Below are positions 9,272 to 17,335 of a DNA stretch of 32,000 nucleotides, piece after piece. The stretch lies in NCBI GenBank assembly GCA_041674405.1, contig JBAYVT010000002.1, forward strand, positions 30,001-62,000, given 5' to 3'. A model generated the notes under the pieces. It was not told the DNA's origin. It worked only from the letters and a program-made list of their open reading frames with translations, and made no database searches. The position numbers and the translations under genes were made by a program. Within the stretch, counting starts at the first letter, position 1, and each line of letters opens with the position of its first letter. This DNA is from Patescibacteria group bacterium (GTDB lineage: Bacteria > Patescibacteriota > UBA1384 > XYA2-FULL-43-10).

Positions 9272-9324
9272 AAAACTACCTCCTGGTCCTTGATTCCCTC
9301 TTGCATTTTATATATCACTTTAGA

Positions 9325-10308
9325 TCAATATACGCTATATCCACCAAATTTTTTTAATTCAGAAAGCAGAAGCTTTTTATTGCTTTTATCACCGCAGAAA
9401 AGCAAACATCCTCCTCCCCCAGCACCACAAGCACGGTGGGAATATCCGTATTTTTCCGCAATTTTAGCCATCATTTTCATGTTTTTTGTATAATATGCAC
9501 TTGATAGATCTAGGCGCAAATTCCTATCATTGGCGATTCCTGTTTTGAGCATAGATAGGTCTTTCCCCAAGATCCCTCGCCAAATATCTTCCGCATTTTT
9601 GGCAATCTTCTTAATTAATAATGGATTTTTTTCATATCCAGATCTCATTTGAGAGTTTAGTTTTCCTGATGATCTCGATTCACCGCTGTAATATACCAGA
9701 ATATGATTCAACACCCAGTTATATAACGGAGAGTTTTCTTCTCTATGGTCAATCATCTTCGCTTCTCCATATCCAGGACCACCAAAAGTCATGTAGTTCA
9801 TTCCTCCGTGCCACGCAGCATAATAATCTTGCTTGCCTCCTAAAATTCCCATCGACATTTCAACCAAATAGTTCAATTCGGGAACATTTACACCGGGAAT
9901 TTCATAAAGTTCGGAAAGTGCCATGATCACTCCAACCCCTACCGCCGAAGAAGTGCCTAGGCCAGAAGCAGACGGAATGATGCCAACACTGGTAACTTTT
10001 ATTTCCAATCCATCCGGCTTTAGGTTAAATAACGAAATAAAATGTCGGACAATCTGGCTAACATTATTTTTTTCTTGTTTGATAAGATCTTCAATACTCC
10101 CTTCGATTTTCTCGCCCAAATCAGGAAGTTCGAGTTTAATACCCTTGCCGCCATTCAGTTTCGCTTCAACTTTGACTTGTACCGGTAAGGCAATATTTAC
10201 AACCGAGCCACGATCCGCTTTAAGTTTCTTAAGGTAGTAGCTAATATCTGTAGAACCGCCGGCAATATCTGCACGAACTGGCACGAACAGAGTTACCCTT
10301 TTCATCAT
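9325..10308 (-). CDS. GHMP-family sugar kinase (HddA/COG2605-like)
   Basis: N-terminal RADIAGGSTDISYY. Motif II PSASGLGTSSAVGVG. Motif III CGAGGGGCLLF. The start is probably at the ATGATGA junction (10308 or 10305) that overlaps the upstream TGA, with AGGAGG just upstream. The track start at 10329 is less likely. Confidence 0.8.
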   Translation of the reverse strand: MMKRVTLFVPVRADIAGGSTDISYYLKKLKADRGSVVNIALPVQVKVEAKLNGGKGIKLELPDLGEKIEGSIEDLIKQEKNNVSQIVRHFISLFNLKPDGLEIKVTSVGIIPSASGLGTSSAVGVGVIMALSELYEIPGVNVPELNYLVEMSMGILGGKQDYYAAWHGGMNYMTFGGPGYGEAKMIDHREENSPLYNWVLNHILVYYSGESRSSGKLNSQMRSGYEKNPLLIKKIAKNAEDIWRGILGKDLSMLKTGIANDRNLRLDLSSAYYTKNMKMMAKIAEKYGYSHRACGAGGGGCLLFCGDKSNKKLLLSELKKFGGYSVY

Positions 10309-11156
10309 TTCCTCCTGGATTTCTTCCATTCCTTAATCGCCTTTTCGTATGATTCATAGGTACCCGTATCAAGCCACTGGCTAAAGAAGGGGTAACCAAA
10401 TAATTTCCCCTCCTCCGCCAACTTTGGATATATGTCATATTCAACCATTGCCTTCCCCTTTTGGGGAACATATTTATCGATCACTTCTGGTTCCATTATA
10501 GCCATACCCGCATTAGCAAGATTACTTGGTGCTTCTGATCTCTTTGGTTTTTCGACAAAACCGGTTATTCGGCTGCCGGTAAGTGATGCAACCCCAAAAC
10601 GGCTCGGGTCCTCAACCGGTGTGAGTGCAATTGTAGCTAATCCTTCATTATTTCGATGAAAATGCATAAAATCCGAAAGATCAATTTCCGAAAGCACATC
10701 CCCCCAAACAATAAAGAAGGTTTCATTTAGAAATTTTTTTGCCAATCGCAATGGTCCTGCTGTTCCTAGTGGGGATCTTTCTTCAACATAATTTATCCTG
10801 ACGCCAAATTTTGTGCCATCTTTGAAGTAATCCTTGATCATCTCCCCCTTATAACCCAATGCCAGACAGATTTCGGTAACACCATGTGAGCGCAGAAGGT
10901 CTATCACATGTTCCACCATTGGCTTTCCAGCAACTGGCAAAAGCGCCTTTGGTAATTCATAAGTAAATGGCCGAAGCCTTGTCCCCTCGCCCCCAACGAG
11001 AAGAATTGCTTTTTTGATTTGGTTTATGCCAAGGCCATTTTCGATAAGATATTCTGTCGCATGCGATCGATTTCTGATTTTTTTACCATCGATTATTGCA
11101 TCAATCTTTGAAAATAGGTCTTTTTTAATGGTGACGGTTAACTTTTCTCGTTCCAT
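10305..11156 (-). CDS. sugar-1-phosphate nucleotidylyltransferase with an N-terminal ribbon-helix-helix (CopG/NikR-like) domain
   Basis: Residues ~5-45, KLTVTIKKDLFSKIDAIIDGKKIRNRSHATEYLIENGL, show a strand-helix-helix pattern. They are followed by LLVGGEGTRLRPFTYELPKALLPVAGKPMVEH (the GXGTRLXPLT signature), then GTAGPL and VEKP. Confidence 0.8.
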   Translation of the reverse strand: MEREKLTVTIKKDLFSKIDAIIDGKKIRNRSHATEYLIENGLGINQIKKAILLVGGEGTRLRPFTYELPKALLPVAGKPMVEHVIDLLRSHGVTEICLALGYKGEMIKDYFKDGTKFGVRINYVEERSPLGTAGPLRLAKKFLNETFFIVWGDVLSEIDLSDFMHFHRNNEGLATIALTPVEDPSRFGVASLTGSRITGFVEKPKRSEAPSNLANAGMAIMEPEVIDKYVPQKGKAMVEYDIYPKLAEEGKLFGYPFFSQWLDTGTYESYEKAIKEWKKSRRK

Positions 11157-11177
11157 AGAACTCCTTAAAAATTATTC

Positions 11178-11197
11178 ATATACGATAATATACGATA
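11178..11197. promoter_or_regulatory. perfect 2 x 10-bp tandem repeat (ATATACGATA x2) upstream of the RHH-nucleotidyltransferase gene; candidate operator
   Basis: 11178-11187 equals 11188-11197. On the minus strand this reads TATCGTATAT TATCGTATAT, 22-41 nt upstream of the ATG at 11156. Confidence 0.4.
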
Positions 11198-11228
11198 TAT
11201 AAAAATAGATCAAATTGATTGAAATAGC

Positions 11229-11618
11229 TTAGTCCGACATGATTACCCAGGGTCGCCGATCCTGTTTCTTGTATTTAACGCAGGCAACAAAACGTTCAGG
11301 ATCTTTCAAAAATATCAGAGAAACAAAATTTGCTTTTTTCTTTTCTTCCCAAAATTTTTCATCGACACATAAGTCATCAGAATACATTTTACGAAATTCC
11401 GAAAGACCTTTCGATCCAAAATTTTCGTAATACAAAACATTATCTACAAAAACTCGTCCAACAATACCGCCACCTGATTTTTTAAGATAAATTTCATCTT
11501 CTTTTGCAACAGATCCGTAAGGGGCAATTTTATGAATTGAAAATCGTGACTCGATTGTTTTTTTTCCAACCAGGATATTTTCTATAGCATCACCAACAAA
11601 AATCGCTAAATGCCTCAT
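11229..11618 (-). CDS. ASCH (PUA-like) domain protein
   Basis: N-terminal ILVGKKTIESRF resembles the ASCH-domain signature. The size (129 aa) fits. Confidence 0.5.
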   Translation of the reverse strand: MRHLAIFVGDAIENILVGKKTIESRFSIHKIAPYGSVAKEDEIYLKKSGGGIVGRVFVDNVLYYENFGSKGLSEFRKMYSDDLCVDEKFWEEKKKANFVSLIFLKDPERFVACVKYKKQDRRPWVIMSD

Positions 11619-11655
11619 GAAACTCCTAAAGTGCCTTAATATTTTTGGCCACCTA

Positions 11656-11695
11656 ATTAAAACAAAAACAAACAGCTGTTTGTTTTTGTTTTAAT
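11656..11695. terminator. 40-bp perfect palindrome (ATTAAAACAAAAACAAACAG|CTGTTTGTTTTTGTTTTAAT); probable bidirectional terminator after pfkB
   Basis: Arms verified base by base. It lies 19 nt downstream of the pfkB-family gene stop. The 3' arm is U-rich on either strand. Confidence 0.5.
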
Positions 11696-11713
11696 ATTTA
11701 GAATATACCCTTA

Positions 11714-12727
11714 TTAATAAATCTCGACAACCATGCGTGGATTTTCAGCTACTTGCGCCTCAAGCTCCGATTTGGGCAACAACCCCCCTTGTGCTCCAAT
11801 TATTCTGACAACGGAAGTAGAATTTACTATACCTGCTTTGAGTGCTTCAGATATCTTGTATTGATCGGAAAAATCCGCGTCTTTTGAATCTAAAAATTTC
11901 GCAACAAAAGCTGATGCAAAACTATCACCCGCTCCAGTCGCATCCACTCTTTCTCGATTCATTGCTTCGATTCGATATGACCGAACCCCATCAAATGCGT
12001 AAGCGCCTTCTTTTCCATCGGTTACGATAATTATTCTTGGCCCAAGAGCATGAAGCGATTTGGCAATTTCTTCAACCCGCGGCCGCACAGGATAATTGGA
12101 AAATTTTATTGCTTCTTCACGATTCAAAATCAATATCGAAACACATTTTAATAATGCCCTGTATTTCGAAACACCCTTTTCGATTTGCAAAGAACCAGGA
12201 TTCCATGCAATTTTTGTTCCCTTCTCAGAAGCCATAGATATTAGATCCTTTTCAACTTCTTCGGTGTTTTCCCCCATCGGGCAAACAAAAAACCATTTAG
12301 TTTTTAAATTTTTTTTAGGCTTCAGCACTGAGTAATCTGAAACCCCGTGGCAAACAAAAATTGTTCTTTCGTCCCCAAGATTAAAAATGATTGAAAAATT
12401 TGTTTGGACATCATGTTTTTTAATGACCTGCGCTTCGTCTACACCCTCAATCCTAAGCCTTTCCAGTATTTTTTCAGAAGGAGAATCGTCTCCAATAGCA
12501 GTAATAATTGCAGTGTTATATCCAAGGCGATTGAACGAAACAGCAGTGTTGCATGCTGAACCGCCAATATCATAAAATGCATGTTCTAAAGAAATTTTTT
12601 CCCCCAGTTCAAAAGAAACAGATTTGCCCGAGGCATATCTCCGGCTGCTTTCAATATCAAAAGTATGAGGCTTAACAAAAATATCCTCTGAAGCATCCCC
12701 AATTGTGACAATATCATACTTTGTCAT
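11714..12727 (-). CDS. PfkB/ribokinase-family carbohydrate kinase
   Basis: GGSACNTAV N-terminal motif. DATGAGDSFASAF is the PfkB signature 2. 4-nt overlap with fba. Confidence 0.85.
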   Translation of the reverse strand: MTKYDIVTIGDASEDIFVKPHTFDIESSRRYASGKSVSFELGEKISLEHAFYDIGGSACNTAVSFNRLGYNTAIITAIGDDSPSEKILERLRIEGVDEAQVIKKHDVQTNFSIIFNLGDERTIFVCHGVSDYSVLKPKKNLKTKWFFVCPMGENTEEVEKDLISMASEKGTKIAWNPGSLQIEKGVSKYRALLKCVSILILNREEAIKFSNYPVRPRVEEIAKSLHALGPRIIIVTDGKEGAYAFDGVRSYRIEAMNRERVDATGAGDSFASAFVAKFLDSKDADFSDQYKISEALKAGIVNSTSVVRIIGAQGGLLPKSELEAQVAENPRMVVEIY

Positions 12728-13569
12728 ACTTTTGCTTTATTTCTTGAACCAAATAATGTTATGTAATCACAGACTAATTTTTCAATATCAGCCTTCACTT
12801 CATTGAAGACATCTCTTGGATCATCGCTGATATCGATATTCTTTGAGGCGCTGGACAAGAACGCCTTGCGTATTTTGGTATCAATATTAAATTTGACCGC
12901 ACCCGCTGCTATAGCAGCTTTTATGTCCTTCTGTGAAAGGCCCGATGCACCATGGATCACAATTGGAACAGAACTAGCATGGGCGATTTTTGACAAAAGT
13001 GAAATATCTAACTTTTCACCCCTCGGTGCACCATGTTCATTGCCTACAGAAACTGCTAATGAAGTAATCCCGGTTCGATTAATAAAATCACTAGCTAAAT
13101 CAGGATGGGTATATGAACTTTTGTTCGATAATTCTCCACCCTCTTCGCGCGAAATTACACCCAGTTCCGCTTCCACATCTACATCAAATTCTTTCGCATA
13201 CGAAACAACTTTTTTAGTTAAAGCGATATTTGATTCATATGGCAGTTTTGAAGCATCAATCATTACAGAATTATATCCGATATCGATGCACTCCTTGACT
13301 ATTCCAAAATCACGCGCATGATCAAGGTGAATTGCGGCAAAAACATCTTGGCTGTCCAGTTCGCTTTTTATTATTCCAAATAGTTCAGGAAGCCCGGCAT
13401 AATCGATTGCGCTTGGCGTAGTCTGAATAATTACTGGTGAATTCATTTTTTTTGCAGCAGCTACGACTACTTGTACTGTTTCGAGATTATATACATTAAA
13501 AGCACCTATGGCATAGCCATCGTTTTTGGCTCCTTGATATGCTTCTTTGAGATTTAATAATGGCATCAA
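12724..13569 (-). CDS. fba: class II fructose/tagatose-bisphosphate aldolase
   Basis: GYAIGAFNV, HLDHA, SVGNEHG and VIHGASG motifs. Confidence 0.9.
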   Translation of the reverse strand: MMPLLNLKEAYQGAKNDGYAIGAFNVYNLETVQVVVAAAKKMNSPVIIQTTPSAIDYAGLPELFGIIKSELDSQDVFAAIHLDHARDFGIVKECIDIGYNSVMIDASKLPYESNIALTKKVVSYAKEFDVDVEAELGVISREEGGELSNKSSYTHPDLASDFINRTGITSLAVSVGNEHGAPRGEKLDISLLSKIAHASSVPIVIHGASGLSQKDIKAAIAAGAVKFNIDTKIRKAFLSSASKNIDISDDPRDVFNEVKADIEKLVCDYITLFGSRNKAKV

Positions 13570-14723
13570 ATTACGCTTGTCTTGATATTGCTCACAAATT
13601 TATTGTTGTCAAGTGCAATCAAGCCCGGCATCTTTTCACCAGCAAGGTATGAAAGAGTTGCACCACCGCCTGTTGAAATGAAATTAATATCGCCACGAAG
13701 ATTGTTTGCATCGATAAACCCAACCGTATCTCCGCCCGCAACAATGGTAGTCCCTTTGTTTTTGGAAATTGCCTCTGCAATTCTCCTTGTTCCAGTCTCA
13801 TATCGTTCGTCTTCCGAGTGTCCCAGATTTCCGTTCCAGAACGTCGTAGCAGCAGTCGCTATTTCAGCCTCAAATTTAGCAATTGTTTCCGGGCCGATAT
13901 CCATGATTTTGAAACGGCCACCATCAGAATTTTCCCTAGCCTGATCTACCGGTAAAACAATTTTATCTTGATATCTCGATAGAATATCCTCACAGGTTTC
14001 AAACATTTCCCTTTCATATAATGAATCACTTACGTCTTGGCCAGACGCCGCAAGAAAAGTATTGGCAATAGCCCCTCCAATTAAAATTTTGTCCGCTTGT
14101 CCTGCCAGATTATTTATCAAAGCGGCTTTATCCTTGACTTTTGCTCCGCCCAAAACAATCTTATAAGGCTTTTGTGGATTTTGTATCAAAATATCAAGAG
14201 TTGTTTTCTCAGACTCAATCAGAAATCCGGCATAGCTTGGAAGATAATTGGTAATCGCATCTACTGAAGCATGGGCCCTATGGCTTACCCCGAAAGCATC
14301 ATTAACATAAATATCTGCGTAGCTTGCAAGTTCTTCCCCAAATCTTTCATTGTTGGCTTCTTCTTCTCTGTGCCATCGCAGATTGCCCAACATAAAAATA
14401 TCACCAAAAGTCATCTCTGATATTTTTTTGGCGACCAAGGGGTGAATTATGTGATCTGTCGCATACACTTTCCGTTTTAATAGCTTTGCAAGCTCAGAGG
14501 CGAGCGGGATGGTAGAAAGTTCTGGAATAATTTCTCCAGCCGGCTTTCCCAGATGAGTGGCAATGATAATCTTAGTCCTTCTTTCAAGTAAATACTGGAG
14601 AGTTGAAAGAGATTCAACAATTCTATTGTTATCTAAAATCTTACCGTCTTTAATCGGTACATTATAATCGACGCGAACAAAAATCCGCTTTCCACTAACG
14701 TTTGCATCCCTAACGCTAACCAT
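13566..14723 (-). CDS. pgk: phosphoglycerate kinase
   Basis: RVDYNVP, ATHLGKP, AFGVSHRAHAS and STGGGA motifs. Confidence 0.95.
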   Translation of the reverse strand: MVSVRDANVSGKRIFVRVDYNVPIKDGKILDNNRIVESLSTLQYLLERRTKIIIATHLGKPAGEIIPELSTIPLASELAKLLKRKVYATDHIIHPLVAKKISEMTFGDIFMLGNLRWHREEEANNERFGEELASYADIYVNDAFGVSHRAHASVDAITNYLPSYAGFLIESEKTTLDILIQNPQKPYKIVLGGAKVKDKAALINNLAGQADKILIGGAIANTFLAASGQDVSDSLYEREMFETCEDILSRYQDKIVLPVDQARENSDGGRFKIMDIGPETIAKFEAEIATAATTFWNGNLGHSEDERYETGTRRIAEAISKNKGTTIVAGGDTVGFIDANNLRGDINFISTGGGATLSYLAGEKMPGLIALDNNKFVSNIKTSVI

Positions 14724-14749
14724 ATTCCCTCACTTTTACAATTAACCAT

Positions 14750-14778
14750 ATTTTACCATTGTAAATTTTTACCGTAAA
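14750..14778 (-). promoter_or_regulatory. candidate promoter of pgk-fba-pfkB
   Basis: Minus strand reads TTTACG, a 17-nt spacer ending in TGG, then TAAAAT (extended -10). It lies ~27 nt upstream of the pgk ATG and is embedded in three TTTTACMRT direct repeats about 17 bp apart. Confidence 0.35.
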
Positions 14779-14843
14779 TAGATCATGGCGGAGTTCTGTT
14801 CGTTTTGATAAAATTAATGTGCGTTCAAAATATTGCGATTTAA

Positions 14844-14872
14844 AATCAGATTTATAATTTTTATCTCTGATT
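14844..14872 (+). promoter_or_regulatory. candidate -10 (TATAAT 14853-14858) of the hydrogenase operon, bracketed by a 7-bp inverted repeat
   Basis: AATCAGA (14844-50) and TCTGATT (14866-72) flank a consensus TATAAT. There is no good -35. GGAGG lies 4 nt before the TTG start at 14885. Confidence 0.3.
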
Positions 14873-14884
14873 GACGGAGGGGTT

Positions 14885-15817
14885 TTGCCTTACAGGCTTA
14901 AAGATCATCATTTAAACCATATATTTAGCATAATAAATAAGTATTATGAAATTTATGGCGTTTCCAAAAAAAGCAAAAAATTTTCTAGAATTGAAATTGC
15001 ATCAGATTTAATCTGGATAAACGGCAGATCACAAATGCCACCCAAAAAAGTCTTGTTTGAAGACCAACAGATAATTTCGGAAGATCTCAATAAAAAGATT
15101 GCTTTCGTTGGCATGCCCCTGTGTGATGTCTCGGCCATCCATCATTTAATTTACAAATTAAGAGATTCTGGATTAGTACCGGATCGAGATGATCTGTTGC
15201 TGATTGCATCTGAATGTAAGCCAGACGATGCTTGTTTTTGTGAATTTTTCGGTACTGATAAGCGATCAGGTTTTGATATTTATATTCAAAAAAATAGCAG
15301 TGGGTACGATGCATTCTCAGGGACAGCTGCTGGAGAAAAAATTTTAAAAAAATTAGCGCTAATGCCTGATCACAAATTAAACCTGCGCCCAGTTACCCAT
15401 AAGTCCCTAAACAAATTGTCCAAGGAAGAAATAACAAAACTGATTGAAAAACGCGGCCAATTTGATGACTTATGGAACAAGATTGCAAATAACTGCTTTG
15501 GTTGTGGCGCCTGCACAGCTGTTTGCCCGCTTTGTTATTGTTTTAGACAAGAAGAGAAAAATAATTTAGATGGCAGCTGCAAATCTTGCATAAATTGGGA
15601 TTCTTGCTTTGCAAAAGAATTTTCCGAAGTACAAAATAGAGCTGATTTACGGCCTCAAAATGTTGACCGGCTATATAATTGGTATCATCACAAATTTGTC
15701 CGCTCCCCTTATCTTTGCGTCGGATGTGGACGATGTATCAAGGCTTGCCCTGCAAATTTAAATATTAAAAATATTCTTTTATCAATTGAAAAGTTAGGCG
15801 AAAAAAGTGATGAATAG
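14885..15817 (+). CDS. hydB: hydrogenase-associated 4Fe-4S subunit (sulfhydrogenase beta / AsrA-like)
   Basis: TTG start with a GGAGG SD. Two ferredoxin-type clusters, CFGCGACTAVCPLCYC and CVGCGRCIKACP. GMPLCDVSAI resembles the AsrA/HydB N-domain. Confidence 0.75.
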   Translation: MPYRLKDHHLNHIFSIINKYYEIYGVSKKSKKFSRIEIASDLIWINGRSQMPPKKVLFEDQQIISEDLNKKIAFVGMPLCDVSAIHHLIYKLRDSGLVPDRDDLLLIASECKPDDACFCEFFGTDKRSGFDIYIQKNSSGYDAFSGTAAGEKILKKLALMPDHKLNLRPVTHKSLNKLSKEEITKLIEKRGQFDDLWNKIANNCFGCGACTAVCPLCYCFRQEEKNNLDGSCKSCINWDSCFAKEFSEVQNRADLRPQNVDRLYNWYHHKFVRSPYLCVGCGRCIKACPANLNIKNILLSIEKLGEKSDE

Positions 15818-16607
15818 CCCTTTTTCATATCGTGAATATAAAATTACTAACAAAACTGAAGTTGCTCCAGATACATTTCTGTTTCGACTTAGAGGAAAAT
15901 TGAAATTTGATCCAGGGCAATTTGTCCAGGTAAAATTTCCCCATATCGGAGAAGTGACTCTGGTTCCCTGCTCTAAAAAAGATGAAAAAACATATTTTGA
16001 ACTTTGCGTTCGCAGAGCCGGAAATACGACCGAAAAAATATCTGAAAAGGTACCGGGTGATTCGATGTTTGTTCGAGGGCCATATGGGCACGGATGGCCA
16101 ATCGGCAAAACATTGGAAAAAGATATTTTGCTGATTTCCGGCGGCATCGGAATCATCCCGCTTATGCCGCTTATGGATGAACTGGTGAAATATCGAGGTA
16201 ATTTTGGGAAAATCTACTTTCTCGCCGGATTTAAAACTCCGCACCACGTCATGTTTGAACAGGATCTTTTGCGTTACAAAAAGAAAATAAGCTATTTCAA
16301 GGTTGCGGTCGAAAAAACCGACAGAGATTGGTGGGGTGAAAATTGTATGATCACCGACTTGATTAAAAACACAAATCTGAGTCCAAATATCAATGTATTT
16401 CTATGTGGTCCGGAAATTATGTTTCGCCCCTGCGTCGATGTTCTATTACAAAAAAAAATTAATCCGAAAAATATTTACGTTTCTTTCGAGCGAAGAATGG
16501 AATGCGGGATCGGTTTTTGCCAACATTGTACTATAGGCAAGTATAAAGTTTGTGAGGATGGCCCCATATTTACCTGGAGCAAAATAGCACCGGAGTTAGA
16601 AAAATGA
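15810..16607 (+). CDS. hydG: FAD/NAD(P)-binding oxidoreductase with C-terminal 2Fe-2S (sulfhydrogenase gamma / PyrK / AsrB-like)
   Basis: GGIGIIPLMP nucleotide-binding motif. C-terminal CGIGFCQHC...C cluster. The ATG at 15810 overlaps the hydB stop. Confidence 0.8.
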   Translation: MNSPFSYREYKITNKTEVAPDTFLFRLRGKLKFDPGQFVQVKFPHIGEVTLVPCSKKDEKTYFELCVRRAGNTTEKISEKVPGDSMFVRGPYGHGWPIGKTLEKDILLISGGIGIIPLMPLMDELVKYRGNFGKIYFLAGFKTPHHVMFEQDLLRYKKKISYFKVAVEKTDRDWWGENCMITDLIKNTNLSPNINVFLCGPEIMFRPCVDVLLQKKINPKNIYVSFERRMECGIGFCQHCTIGKYKVCEDGPIFTWSKIAPELEK

Positions 16608-17335
16608 ATGCAATATTCCCCAAAAAAACACTAGGAATTTTTTCTCTCACTTGTTGCGAAGGTTGCCAATTTTCGCTGTTAAAGGACTTTGTTGGTTTTG
16701 AAAAAATCACAAGATTTTATGAAATAAAAAGTTTTCGCCTCGGGCAAGAAGAAAATGACGAATGCTTTTTTGATGTTTCGCTTGTTGAGGGAACACCCGA
16801 GTCAACTCGGGAACTTGAGCATTTGAAAAAGATAAGAAAAGTATCGAAAGCAGTTGTTTCAATTGGCGCTTGTGCACATTTAGGCGGTATTCAATCAGAG
16901 CGAAATCGCTTACCTAAAAAATACATCGGAAAAGAAAAAGTTAAAAAAATTAGTGACATAATAAAAGTAGATTTGGTTATTCCTGGCTGCCCGATTTCCC
17001 ACAAGGAGGCAGTGGCCGCCCTTCTTGACACATATTGGGGCAAAAAATTTCGGCCGAAGGATTATGCCGTATGTTTCGAATGTAGAAAAAATGAAAATGA
17101 ATGCTTGATAAAAAATGGCAGACCCTGCCTGGGCCCGATCACCCGGGGAGGATGTGATAGTGTTTGTATAAATGGTGGAGAATTGTGTCTTGGGTGCCGC
17201 GGTGCGTTAGATCAAACGAATTTTAATAAAATTAAAGAAATACTAAACCCGATGATCGGAGAAGACAAAACGAATAATCTCCTTACCATATATGGAGACC
17301 TGGAACAAGAATGGAAAGATCAGGACAGACAATGA
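16604..17335 (+). CDS. hydD: [NiFe]-hydrogenase small (delta) subunit, group 3 type
   Basis: TCCEGCQ, GACAHLGG and PGCP provide the proximal-cluster Cys. The Cys-rich C-terminus is CFECRKNENEC...C..GGCDSVC...CLGC. ATGA overlap with hydG. Confidence 0.85.
   Translation: MNAIFPKKTLGIFSLTCCEGCQFSLLKDFVGFEKITRFYEIKSFRLGQEENDECFFDVSLVEGTPESTRELEHLKKIRKVSKAVVSIGACAHLGGIQSERNRLPKKYIGKEKVKKISDIIKVDLVIPGCPISHKEAVAALLDTYWGKKFRPKDYAVCFECRKNENECLIKNGRPCLGPITRGGCDSVCINGGELCLGCRGALDQTNFNKIKEILNPMIGEDKTNNLLTIYGDLEQEWKDQDRQ

Noticed and set aside
12803-13321. 172-aa plus-strand ORF inside fba
   Set aside because: It is antisense to a gene with unambiguous class II aldolase motifs, and the translation has no motifs or SD.
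15794-16247. Minus-strand 120-aa and 140-aa ORFs opposite hydG
   Set aside because: They are antisense to a gene with clear FAD/NAD and 2Fe-2S motifs, and they have no features of their own.
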